Assembly: GCA_963775225.1 (NCBI GenBank)
Contig: CAVZHW010000007.1
Location: forward strand, 135,105-199,104
DNA length: 64,000 bases
Source of the DNA: an uncultured Chloroflexia bacterium
Lineage (GTDB): Bacteria > Chloroflexota > Limnocylindria > Limnocylindrales > CSP1-4
Reading direction: 5' to 3'
In this document: piece by piece, positions 40,675 to 48,181 of the stretch
Layout of the letters: every line of letters starts with the position of its first letter
Numbering within the stretch: position 1 is the stretch's first letter
The notes under the pieces: generated by a model
Databases searched by the model: none
The model's input: only the letters and a program-made list of their open reading frames with translations
Told to the model about the DNA's origin: nothing
Translations under genes and position numbers: made by a program

Positions 40675-41607
40675 TCACCGGCGTCCGCTTGCCGCTAGTG
40701 ATTCCGCCTCGGCCGACAGTCGGGCGAACTCCGCGTCAGAAAGCAGCAGGTCCGCGGCGGCCGCGTTCTCTTCGAGCTGCTTGACCGTCCTGGCGCCGGG
40801 GATCACGACCGTGTTCGGGTGGTGGAGCACCCAGGCGAGGGCGACCTGGGCACGCGTGGCGCCGTGGGCGGCCGCAATCTCATTGACGGCCCCGACCAGC
40901 GACGCGATCCGCTGCTGTGCACCCGGACGAAACGTCGGGTTCCTCGCGCGCAGTCCTCGGATCGTCCCGGGAGCAACGCCGGCAAGAAGGCCCTGACCGA
41001 GCGGCGAGTAAGCCACGACCAACCGGCCACTCGCTGCCGCATAGGGAACATGCTCGCTTGCCGGACCGGGGCTCACGAGGCTGAAACGGACCTGGTTCGC
41101 CACGACAGGCGCGCGCAGGGCGCGCTCCGCGGCTCGCCACTGCTCGACCGAGTAATTGCTTACCCCGACGCGACGAACGAGCCCGGCAGCCACGAGCGGG
41201 CGAACAGCCTGCATCACCCGCCGAACCGACACGAGCGGGTTCGGCCAGTGGGCGTAGTAAAGGTCGATCGTGTCGACGCCGAGCCTCCGTCGGCTGCCGG
41301 CAGCCTGCCAGGCGAGGATCGGCTCGGCGGGAGCGATCGGCAGGAACTTCGTCGCGACGACGAGGCGGGCGCGTTCCTCCGCCGGCATCGCCGCCAATGT
41401 GTCGCCGATGATGCGCTCGGATCGTGCGGGGCCGTACGCCTCTGCGGTGTCGATCAGCAATATCCCAAGCTCGACCGCGCGGCGCACCAGGGCGGGGGCG
41501 ACCTCAGACGCGTATGTCTCGCCGTAGCCCCACTCTCGGGAGCCGAACTGCCAGGTCCCGAGCCCGATCCGGGAAACCCGGAGGCCATCCGCCTCGACGT
41601 ACCTCAC
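40675..41607 (-). CDS. Aldo/keto reductase
   Basis: GLGTWQFG, IDTAEAYG, YYAHWP and VIPGARTVKQLEEN are typical AKR patterns. GTG start. Confidence 0.85.
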   Translation of the reverse strand: MRYVEADGLRVSRIGLGTWQFGSREWGYGETYASEVAPALVRRAVELGILLIDTAEAYGPARSERIIGDTLAAMPAEERARLVVATKFLPIAPAEPILAWQAAGSRRRLGVDTIDLYYAHWPNPLVSVRRVMQAVRPLVAAGLVRRVGVSNYSVEQWRAAERALRAPVVANQVRFSLVSPGPASEHVPYAAASGRLVVAYSPLGQGLLAGVAPGTIRGLRARNPTFRPGAQQRIASLVGAVNEIAAAHGATRAQVALAWVLHHPNTVVIPGARTVKQLEENAAAADLLLSDAEFARLSAEAESLAASGRR

Positions 41608-41613
41608 GGCTGG

Positions 41614-41641
41614 ACTCTAGCGCGGCGCAGATCGGCCACAA
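41614..41641 (-). promoter_or_regulatory. Promoter placed for a leaderless AKR mRNA (copy 1 of a shared module)
   Basis: On the minus strand: TTGTGG (41641-41636), 16 nt, TAGAGT (41619-41614), 6 nt, GTG 41607. About 30 nt are shared with 42697-42730. Confidence 0.4.
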
Positions 41642-41670
41642 TCGAGCCGATCTGCCTCGGGCGCTCGGCG

Positions 41671-42690
41671 TCAGCGCCAGCCGAGCTCCGGCGCGACGTA
41701 ACGCAGGATCGACTCGATGGCATGCGCGTTGTAGTCCACGCCGAGCTGGTTCGGAACGGTCAGTAGCAGCGTGTCGGCGGCCTCGATGGCAGTGTCACCT
41801 TTCAGCTGCTCGACCAGCTCCTCAGGCTCGGCTGAATAGGACCGCCCGAAGACCGCCCGCGTGTTCTCGTCGATCTGGCCGATCTGGTCGCGCTCGTCAG
41901 ATCGGCCGAAGTAGGCACGATCGCGGTCGTCGACGATGGCGAAGATGCTGCGGCTGACCGACACGCGCGGTTCGCGGGTATGACCCGCCTCCTTCCAGGC
42001 TGCGCGGTAGGCGTCGATCTGCCGGCGCTGCTGGACGTGCAGCGCCTCGCCGGTCTCGTCGAACACGAGTGTCGAACTCATCAGGTTCATGCCCTGTTGC
42101 GCCGTCCAGACGGCCGTGGCGCTCGAGCCAGCTCCCCACCAGATCCGCTCCCGCAGCCCAGCGGAGAACGGCTCCAGGCGCAGCAGCCCGGGCGGGTTGG
42201 GAAACATCGGCCGCGGGCTCGGTTGGGCGAAGCCTTCACCCTTGAGCAGCCCAAGGAAGACCTCTGCATGCCGGCGCGCCATGTCGGCATCCGTCTCGCC
42301 CTCGGCAGGCGCGTAGCCGAAGTGGCGGAAGCCGTCGATGACCTGCTCGGGCGAGCCGCGACTGATACCGAGCTGTAGCCGTCCGCCGGCTATGACATCG
42401 GCCGCCCCGGCGTCCTCGGCCATGTAGAACGGGTTCTCGTAGCGCATGTCGATGACGCCGGTGCCGATCTCGATCCGGCTGGTCCGCGCACCCACCGCGG
42501 CGAGGAGCGGGAAAGGGGAGCCGAGTTGGCGGGCGAAGTGGTGGACGCGGAAATATGCACCATCGGCGCCCAGCTCTTCCGCCGCGACAGCGAGCTCGAT
42601 CGACTGGAGCAGGGCGTCAGATGCCGAACGCACCTGCGAGTACGGGGAATCAGACCAGTGGCCGAACGACAGGAATCCGATGCGTTTCAC
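41671..42690 (-). CDS. LLM-class flavin-dependent oxidoreductase
   Basis: 339 aa. MKRIGFLSFGHW..., YFRVHHF, LQLGISRG. Confidence 0.8.
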   Translation of the reverse strand: MKRIGFLSFGHWSDSPYSQVRSASDALLQSIELAVAAEELGADGAYFRVHHFARQLGSPFPLLAAVGARTSRIEIGTGVIDMRYENPFYMAEDAGAADVIAGGRLQLGISRGSPEQVIDGFRHFGYAPAEGETDADMARRHAEVFLGLLKGEGFAQPSPRPMFPNPPGLLRLEPFSAGLRERIWWGAGSSATAVWTAQQGMNLMSSTLVFDETGEALHVQQRRQIDAYRAAWKEAGHTREPRVSVSRSIFAIVDDRDRAYFGRSDERDQIGQIDENTRAVFGRSYSAEPEELVEQLKGDTAIEAADTLLLTVPNQLGVDYNAHAIESILRYVAPELGWR

Positions 42691-42696
42691 GGATCC

Positions 42697-42723
42697 AGAT
42701 TAGCGAGCGCTGATCAGCCACAA
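42697..42723 (-). promoter_or_regulatory. Promoter placed for a leaderless LLM mRNA (copy 2 of the shared module)
   Basis: On the minus strand: TTGTGG (42723-42718), 15 nt, TAATCT (42702-42697), 6 nt, GTG 42690. Confidence 0.35.
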
Positions 42724-42751
42724 TCGAGCCGCGACCGAGCGTGGCGAGATC

Positions 42752-42801
42752 GACGAGACGCGGATCGATCGCTGGCTGTGCGCGGTGCGCCTGGTCAAGA
42801 C
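42752..42801 (+). pseudogene. 5' relic of an S4-domain gene
   Basis: A 50-nt block matches 24865-24914 (the start of the S4/Hsp15-like gene) at 45/50 positions and encodes DETRIDRWLCAVRLVKT. Downstream sequence has decayed. Confidence 0.6.
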
Positions 42802-42988
42802 GCGATCTCGCCGGACTCCCAAAGATCGCTGCACGCATGCCCGGTATCAAACCACGAACTTCGCATGGGGCGGCCCGAACTGCCGGCCAACCCGGGTCAA
42901 ATGATTGAACCATTCGGAGCATGCGACCGGTCTTGTAGGTAAGGCGACCTAAGCGACGGGTCGCGCCGTTCGACTGGGAGCTGCTGGC

Positions 42989-44236
42989 ATGAGGCGTGGG
43001 AGGTCACTACTCCTTATCGTGCTGACCACGCTGGCCTGGGCGTGCACCGCGCCGGCTGCGTCGATCACGCCGGTCCCGACAGCCTTGGTGTCGTCAACCC
43101 CGACCCTGCCGCCATCGCCCACTCTGCAGCCGTCATCGACTTCGCCATCCGCGTACAGCCTTGGGCACTTTCCAGCGCCGCCGACAACCGTCCTCCCACG
43201 CGAGACGGTCTCGGGCCTGCAGGCGATCCTCGACCAGGCGGCCACCCACTTGCCTGGCGTTACGGCGACGGTCATCATCGCCGATCGCGGGACGTGGTCG
43301 GGCGCTGCCGGCAAGGCCGATGACCAGCACCCCGTCGAGATCAATGCACAGTTCGGTATCGCCAGCATCACCAAGACGGTCATCGCCGCAGAGATCATGC
43401 TTCTAGCCGACCAGGGGAAGCTGAAGCTGTCCGACCAGCTGTCGGAACATCTGCCGTCGGACTTCGATTTCAACACGAATGGTGCGACCATCGGCAACCT
43501 GCTGGCGATGGAGAGCGGCATCCCAGACCCGAGCATGAACGGCACGTCTTACGCTGCCGACCTGATGCGCGACTGGAGCGTCCGGGAAGTGCTGGCCACG
43601 GTTCCCGATTACCGTTCGAAGCCGGGCGACCACTTCGTCTACGAGGACGCCAACTACATGCTGCTGGGGATGGTCGTGGCCCAGGTCACCGGCATGACCA
43701 CCGCTTCTGCGCTGCGCGCGGGCGTGCTGGCCGATCCGCAATTCGCCGCGCTCGTCTATCAGCCCGAAGAGAAGCCGGCCGGCCCCTTTGCGCTGCCTCA
43801 TCTCGGGACCCAGCTAAGAGCTGACATCCTCGCGCTTGGCGGCGGCTACCTGCCGTCCGAGGCCCAGGCCAGCGAGGCCAACGGTTCCGGCTGCATGGCC
43901 AGCAATTCGGGCAGCCTAGCCCTATGGGGTTACCAGGTCCTCGGCGGAGCCATCCTTTCGCAGCAGTCGTTGGGGGCGATGACCGACTTTGGCCCGGACC
44001 TGTCCGGTGGCGCCGACGGACCGTACGGCATGGGCATCTTCGACCAGACCAACCTGGCCAACGGCTACGGGGTCGCCACCGTCGGCAACGGGGGCTGGGA
44101 GGACGGCGGCTACTCGTCGGTGCTCAGCGTCATCCCGAGCGAGGCCATCGCCATCGCCGTGCTGACGAATGAGGCCGGTGACCCAAGGGCGCTGGTCATG
44201 CCGCTGGCCCAGAAGATCGCGGCGCTGCTCAGATGA
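42989..44236 (+). CDS. Serine hydrolase of the beta-lactamase/PBP4-like (class C) family, secreted or lipoprotein
   Basis: SxxK motif FGIASITKTV. N-terminal signal with LTTLAWAC. Confidence 0.8.
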   Translation: MRRGRSLLLIVLTTLAWACTAPAASITPVPTALVSSTPTLPPSPTLQPSSTSPSAYSLGHFPAPPTTVLPRETVSGLQAILDQAATHLPGVTATVIIADRGTWSGAAGKADDQHPVEINAQFGIASITKTVIAAEIMLLADQGKLKLSDQLSEHLPSDFDFNTNGATIGNLLAMESGIPDPSMNGTSYAADLMRDWSVREVLATVPDYRSKPGDHFVYEDANYMLLGMVVAQVTGMTTASALRAGVLADPQFAALVYQPEEKPAGPFALPHLGTQLRADILALGGGYLPSEAQASEANGSGCMASNSGSLALWGYQVLGGAILSQQSLGAMTDFGPDLSGGADGPYGMGIFDQTNLANGYGVATVGNGGWEDGGYSSVLSVIPSEAIAIAVLTNEAGDPRALVMPLAQKIAALLR

Positions 44237-44784
44237 CCCGCCAGCAACTGATCGACAGCGCCCGGCAGGGTGACCGCGAGGCGTTCGCGGAGTTGGCCGC
44301 GCTGGAGATCGACCGCCTCCATGCGACGGCGACCTTGATCCTGCGGGACATGCACCTGGCGCAGGACGCGGTCCAGGAGACCCTCGTTCGATGCTGGCGG
44401 CAGCTGCCCAGCCTGCGCGACGTGGCCAGCTTCGATGGCTGGCTCTATCGGATCCTGCTACGTGCAGCGGCGGACGAGGCCTCGCGCCGGCGCCGCTTCA
44501 GATCCAGCGTCCGAACGCTATACCTTGAGCCGCACGCTGACGACGACACCCTTGCCGTTGCAGACCGTGAGCGGCTGGAGCGCGCCTTCGCCCAGCTCAG
44601 CCTGGAACACCGGGCGGTCGTGGTGCTGCATCAGTACGCGGACCTGCCACTGGTGGACGTTGCCCAGGCCCTCGCGATTCCGCTGGGCACGGCGAAATCG
44701 CGCTACCACTACGCCATGGCCCAGCTGCGGGCTGTCCTTGAAGCCGAAGCCAGAGTGGCGGCAGTCGCGGAGGGTCGACCATGA
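44233..44784 (+). CDS. ECF-type RNA polymerase sigma-70 family factor
   Basis: Region 2 (LAQDAVQETLVRCWR) and region 4 (DVAQALAIPLGTAKSRYHYA). Overlaps both neighbours by 4 nt. Confidence 0.85.
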   Translation: MTRQQLIDSARQGDREAFAELAALEIDRLHATATLILRDMHLAQDAVQETLVRCWRQLPSLRDVASFDGWLYRILLRAAADEASRRRRFRSSVRTLYLEPHADDDTLAVADRERLERAFAQLSLEHRAVVVLHQYADLPLVDVAQALAIPLGTAKSRYHYAMAQLRAVLEAEARVAAVAEGRP

Positions 44785-45776
44785 ACCCTGATCGCGTGAT
44801 CACCGACTGGCTGCGCGGCTCAGCACCTGCACGCGCGCCGCAGCAGCTGCTGAACTCGACAATCGAGCGTATCGCTACGACCCCCCAACAGCTGAAGGGG
44901 ACGGCTCGTATCAGGGACCTGACCCGTCGACGACCCACTTCGCGGATGCTGTTGATCGCCGCCGCGCTGGTCGGTGGGGCGCTTCTCGGGTCGCTGTTGG
45001 TTGCCGGTGGACGACATGACGTGCGCCCGTCACCGGCCAACCAGACGTTTTCACCTGGGCCGTCGGCGCCGCTGCCTACGTCGGCGCCGCTGCCTACGTC
45101 GGCGCCGCTGCCTACGCCGGCGCTGCCGGCAGTCCGCGGGACCCTCAACCCGGCTGGGGTGACCGTATACGAGGGAGCGCTGTCACCCGGACGCTATGAA
45201 ACAGGTGTCGACGGTGCTGGGTTCAGTATGCAATTCACGGTGCCCGCCGGCTGGAGCTGGGACGGTCGGGCGCTGCGTAAGGGCGGGCCGGGCCTGCCGG
45301 ATGGGGCAGCGATCTTCTTCTACGGCGGCCCGTTACAGGTCTACGCAGATCCCTGCCACTGGGCAACGATCCCTTCAAGCGCGCCCACGGCCGACGCCGT
45401 CGACGCCCTCCTGGCTGCTCAGCCTGGCCGGATCGTGACCACATCGCTCGCAGGCGCATGGGGACCGCGGCCGTGGCCGGGAAAGGCGATAGAGCTTGTC
45501 GTGCCTGACAACATCGACATCTCCGCGTGCGACGAGGGCCAGTACCGGAGCTGGGGTCCAGACAATAAGGTGCGGTCCAACGAGGGTCCGGGACAGCGCG
45601 ACCTGGTCTGGTTCATGAACGTGCAGGGCGGGGAGGTGACGGTACCCGGGAGCACACCCTATATGCTGCCGAGTGGTCTCGTCATCGACCGCGCCTCGTT
45701 CCCGGGCACCCCGGCCGACGTCCTGACCGAGATGGACGACATCCTTGGGTCGCTCTACGTCGGTCACTGGGGCTGA
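44781..45776 (+). CDS. Sigma-associated single-pass membrane protein (possible anti-sigma factor)
   Basis: Translationally coupled to the ECF sigma gene. One TM (MLLIAAALVGGALLGSLLVA), an (SAPLPT)3 linker and a ~230-aa extracytoplasmic domain. No ZAS motif seen. Confidence 0.5.
   Translation: MNPDRVITDWLRGSAPARAPQQLLNSTIERIATTPQQLKGTARIRDLTRRRPTSRMLLIAAALVGGALLGSLLVAGGRHDVRPSPANQTFSPGPSAPLPTSAPLPTSAPLPTPALPAVRGTLNPAGVTVYEGALSPGRYETGVDGAGFSMQFTVPAGWSWDGRALRKGGPGLPDGAAIFFYGGPLQVYADPCHWATIPSSAPTADAVDALLAAQPGRIVTTSLAGAWGPRPWPGKAIELVVPDNIDISACDEGQYRSWGPDNKVRSNEGPGQRDLVWFMNVQGGEVTVPGSTPYMLPSGLVIDRASFPGTPADVLTEMDDILGSLYVGHWG
45063..45116. repeat. Perfect tandem repeat, 18 nt x 3 (TCGGCGCCGCTGCCTACG)
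   Basis: Three identical units at 45063, 45081 and 45099. They encode SAPLPT x3. Confidence 0.9.
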
Positions 45777-45986
45777 ACGAGGACATCTGCCGGGCGGATC
45801 GCGCCATCCGATCTCGCCGACCGTGGCCCCACTGACGCGCCGGCCACCGGCTCGCTCACACGCTCGACGGCCGTCCCGCAGCTGCGTTGCCACACTTGAC
45901 CAGCAGGCTGGCGGCGAAAGGCTCTCGGCGGTGGCAACCCGGGCCATGGACGCGGCCGAGTGAGTGCTCATCAGCCCGCTTCCAGT

Positions 45987-46024
45987 GGCCCTCGGAAATG
46001 ACTTCGGCCGTGCCGTCGACCACC
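45987..46024 (-). pseudogene. 3' relic of a peptidase-E-like gene
   Basis: A 38-nt block matches 21980-22017 (3' end of the S51 gene) at 35/38 positions. It encodes VVDGTAEVISEGHW versus VVDGTAEVISEGRW. Confidence 0.5.
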
Positions 46025-46043
46025 CGGGAGGTGCCCGGCGCCG

Positions 46044-46072
46044 TTGACGCGACTTCGCATCAGACGTACAGT
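46044..46072 (+). promoter_or_regulatory. Sigma-70-type promoter for phd-relE with a very short leader
   Basis: TTGACG (46044-46049), 17 nt, TACAGT (46067-46072). ATG 46082 follows 9 nt later. TGTAC repeats overlap the region. Confidence 0.5.
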
Positions 46073-46081
46073 GTGTACAAG

Positions 46082-46378
46082 ATGTACGACACGAGTAAGC
46101 AGTACGAAGGCACTCACATAAGCGTGAGCGGGGCTCGGGACGATTTCGCCAATCTTGTCAATCGAGCTGCCTACAAAGAAGAGCGGGTCATCATCACGCG
46201 TCGTGGTCGGGCGATAGCGGCAATCGTTCCAATCGAGGACGTCGCATACCTGGAGCGCCTCGAGGACGAATACGACGTCCAGGAGGCCTTGAAGGTGCTC
46301 AACGATCCCAACGAGATGGCCAACACCATTCCGTGGGAGCGCGTCGAGGCTGGGCTGGACACACAGAAGAAGGGCTGA
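46082..46378 (+). CDS. phd: Phd/YefM family antitoxin
   Basis: ORF 45887-46378 trimmed to ATG 46082. ISVSGARDDFANLVNRAAYKEERVIITRRGRAIAAIVPIEDVAYLERLED. Confidence 0.8.
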   Translation: MYDTSKQYEGTHISVSGARDDFANLVNRAAYKEERVIITRRGRAIAAIVPIEDVAYLERLEDEYDVQEALKVLNDPNEMANTIPWERVEAGLDTQKKG

Positions 46379-46379
46379 C

Positions 46380-46763
46380 GTGGCCAGATACCGGGTCCGA
46401 GCGACTCGCAGCGCGCAGCGACAACTCGAACGGTTGCCGACGCCGATCCAGGTTCGGATCCGGATCGCCACTCGTTCGCTTGCTGACGATCCGCGGCCGC
46501 CGGGCGCGGCGTTGCTGGCTGGTGAAGGAACTGAGCGCGTGTGGCGTATCCGCGTGGGCGACTATCGCATCCTCTGTCAGATCCGTGATGATCAGCTACT
46601 CGTCCTTGTCATTCGCGCCGGACATCGTCGCGAGATCTATCGAGGGCGGCGTGTCAGCGAAGAGAGTCGGCAGTACGGGATAGAGCGGCCAGATCCTCAC
46701 GGAGGCAGAAGCTGGACCAGCGAGCTGGCGCACCCCGACGGACCCGGCTGGCGAGCGCAGTGA
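46380..46763 (+). CDS. relE: RelE/ParE family toxin with a C-terminal extension
   Basis: GTG 46380 lies 1 nt after the phd stop. RVWRIRVGDYRILCQIRDDQLLVLVIRAGHRREIY is the family core, which usually ends there. About 40 extra residues follow. Confidence 0.7.
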   Translation: MARYRVRATRSAQRQLERLPTPIQVRIRIATRSLADDPRPPGAALLAGEGTERVWRIRVGDYRILCQIRDDQLLVLVIRAGHRREIYRGRRVSEESRQYGIERPDPHGGRSWTSELAHPDGPGWRAQ

Positions 46764-46815
46764 CCAGAATCGTGCCAGGCCGGCGGCTGACCGCTTCAAG
46801 TGGCAATCTTGCTCG

Positions 46816-47379
46816 ATGCGATCGCTCCGATACTCCATCAACATCACTCTCGACGGCTGCGTCGACCACCGCGCGATCATCCCCAATGAGGAGCTCCATC
46901 GTCACGCCGCCGAGAGCCTCGCACAGGCGGATGGCCTCCTCTTAGGCCGCGTCACCTACGAACTGATGGAGGCAGGCTGGCGCGAAGCCGCGCAGACGGG
47001 CGCGCGGCCCGACTTGATGCCCAAATGGATGTTGTCCTTCGCGCACACCATTGATGCGGCGAAGAAGTACGTCGTATCGAGCACGCTCAAGCACGTGGAC
47101 TGGAACGCCGAGCTAGTGCCCGGCGATCGGCTGCAAGCCACCGTCCAGGAGCTGAAGCGCCAGCCGGGCAAGGGGCTGCTGACGGGCGGCGTGACGCTCC
47201 CCCTGGCATTGGCCGAGCTCGGACTGATCGACGAGTACGAGTTCGTGGTGCAGCCGCGGATCGCCGGCCACGGCCCGACGCTGTTCGCGGGACTATCGAA
47301 GCCCCTGGATCTGGAGCTCGTGGGCCGGCACGAACTTGGCTCGGGCGCGCTGGCGATGCAGTACAAGCCCAAGAAGTAG
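46816..47379 (+). CDS. RibD_C/dihydrofolate-reductase-family protein
   Basis: 187 aa. SINITLDGC, LLLGRVTYE, LIDEYEFVVQPRIAGHG. Confidence 0.75.
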   Translation: MRSLRYSINITLDGCVDHRAIIPNEELHRHAAESLAQADGLLLGRVTYELMEAGWREAAQTGARPDLMPKWMLSFAHTIDAAKKYVVSSTLKHVDWNAELVPGDRLQATVQELKRQPGKGLLTGGVTLPLALAELGLIDEYEFVVQPRIAGHGPTLFAGLSKPLDLELVGRHELGSGALAMQYKPKK

Positions 47380-47442
47380 TCGGCGGCCGGCAATGCCATC
47401 GTCTATTAGCGGTTTGGCCCGAACGAGAGACGGGAGGCATTG

Positions 47443-47451
47443 TGCTACAGT
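47443..47451 (+). promoter_or_regulatory. Extended -10 element upstream of vapB (leaderless option)
   Basis: TGcTACAGT, with ATG 47460 following 8 nt later. Competing model: GGAGG at 47433-47437 serving GTG 47442. Confidence 0.3.
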
Positions 47452-47459
47452 TGTGCGTC

Positions 47460-47762
47460 ATGAGCGAACGAGCAGCCAGGCCGACGCGAGTCGGCATTCG
47501 CGAACTGCGCCAGAACCTGTCCGTGTACGTCAGGCAGGTGCGCGAGAACGGGCAGGCCTACGAAGTGACCGAGAGGGGAGAGGCTGTCGCGCGGCTGCTG
47601 CCACTCGAAGACCGCGACAGCCATGTGGGCCGAATGATGGCCGACGGCCGTATTGCTCCCGCTATTCACCGGCTGAGCGACGTGCCCGCCGCCCTGCAAT
47701 CCAACGGCGGCAAATCGCTGGCCGCCATTCTCGATGAGCTGCGTGCGGAGGAGTCGCGCTGA
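47460..47762 (+). CDS. vapB: Phd/YefM-type antitoxin of a VapBC module
   Basis: RVGIRELRQNLSVYVRQVRENGQAYEVTERGEAVARLLP. Start is ATG 47460 or GTG 47442. Confidence 0.8.
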   Translation: MSERAARPTRVGIRELRQNLSVYVRQVRENGQAYEVTERGEAVARLLPLEDRDSHVGRMMADGRIAPAIHRLSDVPAALQSNGGKSLAAILDELRAEESR

Positions 47763-47788
47763 ACGGCGTCTACGTCGATACGTCGGCG

Positions 47789-48154
47789 TTGGTGAAGCTG
47801 GTCGTCGAAGAGCCGGAGTCTGTCGCCTTGCGGGCGTACCTGAGCGAGAGGGAGCCGCTGTACGCGAGCCGCATCGCTGCCGTTGAGCTGCGCCGGGCAG
47901 TCATGCGTCAGGCCGAGCGCGCTGCTGACGAACAGGCGGAGCTGGTGCTCGGCGCGCTGCGCATGATCGAGCTCGACGACGAGATGTCGCGCGCCGCCGG
48001 TGAGGCCGGGCCATCCACGCTGCGCACTCTCGATGCGGTCCATCTGTCGGCCGCGCTCGCTCTCGGCGATGAGTGCGACGCCTTCGTCTCCTACGACACG
48101 CGGCTCAACGCCGCTGCTCGTCGAGCCGGGCTCGAGGTTCGCTCGCCGGACTAG
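47789..48154 (+). CDS. vapC: PIN-domain toxin VapC (annotated from the first canonical start; the conserved N-terminus lies upstream)
   Basis: TLDAVHLSAAL and FVSYDTRL are PIN motifs. The frame is open from 47738 and codes NGVYVDTSA upstream of TTG 47789. That stretch holds the conserved N-terminal Asp, but no ATG/GTG/TTG is available in it. Confidence 0.7.
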   Translation: MVKLVVEEPESVALRAYLSEREPLYASRIAAVELRRAVMRQAERAADEQAELVLGALRMIELDDEMSRAAGEAGPSTLRTLDAVHLSAALALGDECDAFVSYDTRLNAAARRAGLEVRSPD

Positions 48155-48181
48155 GCTCGTCGAGCCGGTTAGGCTCAGAGC

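Noticed and set aside
1255-45116. Tandem repeats at 1255-1326 and 45063-45116 considered as a CRISPR or minisatellite
   Set aside because: The units are contiguous without spacers and in frame within coding genes. No CRISPR-like repeat-spacer structure exists anywhere in the window.
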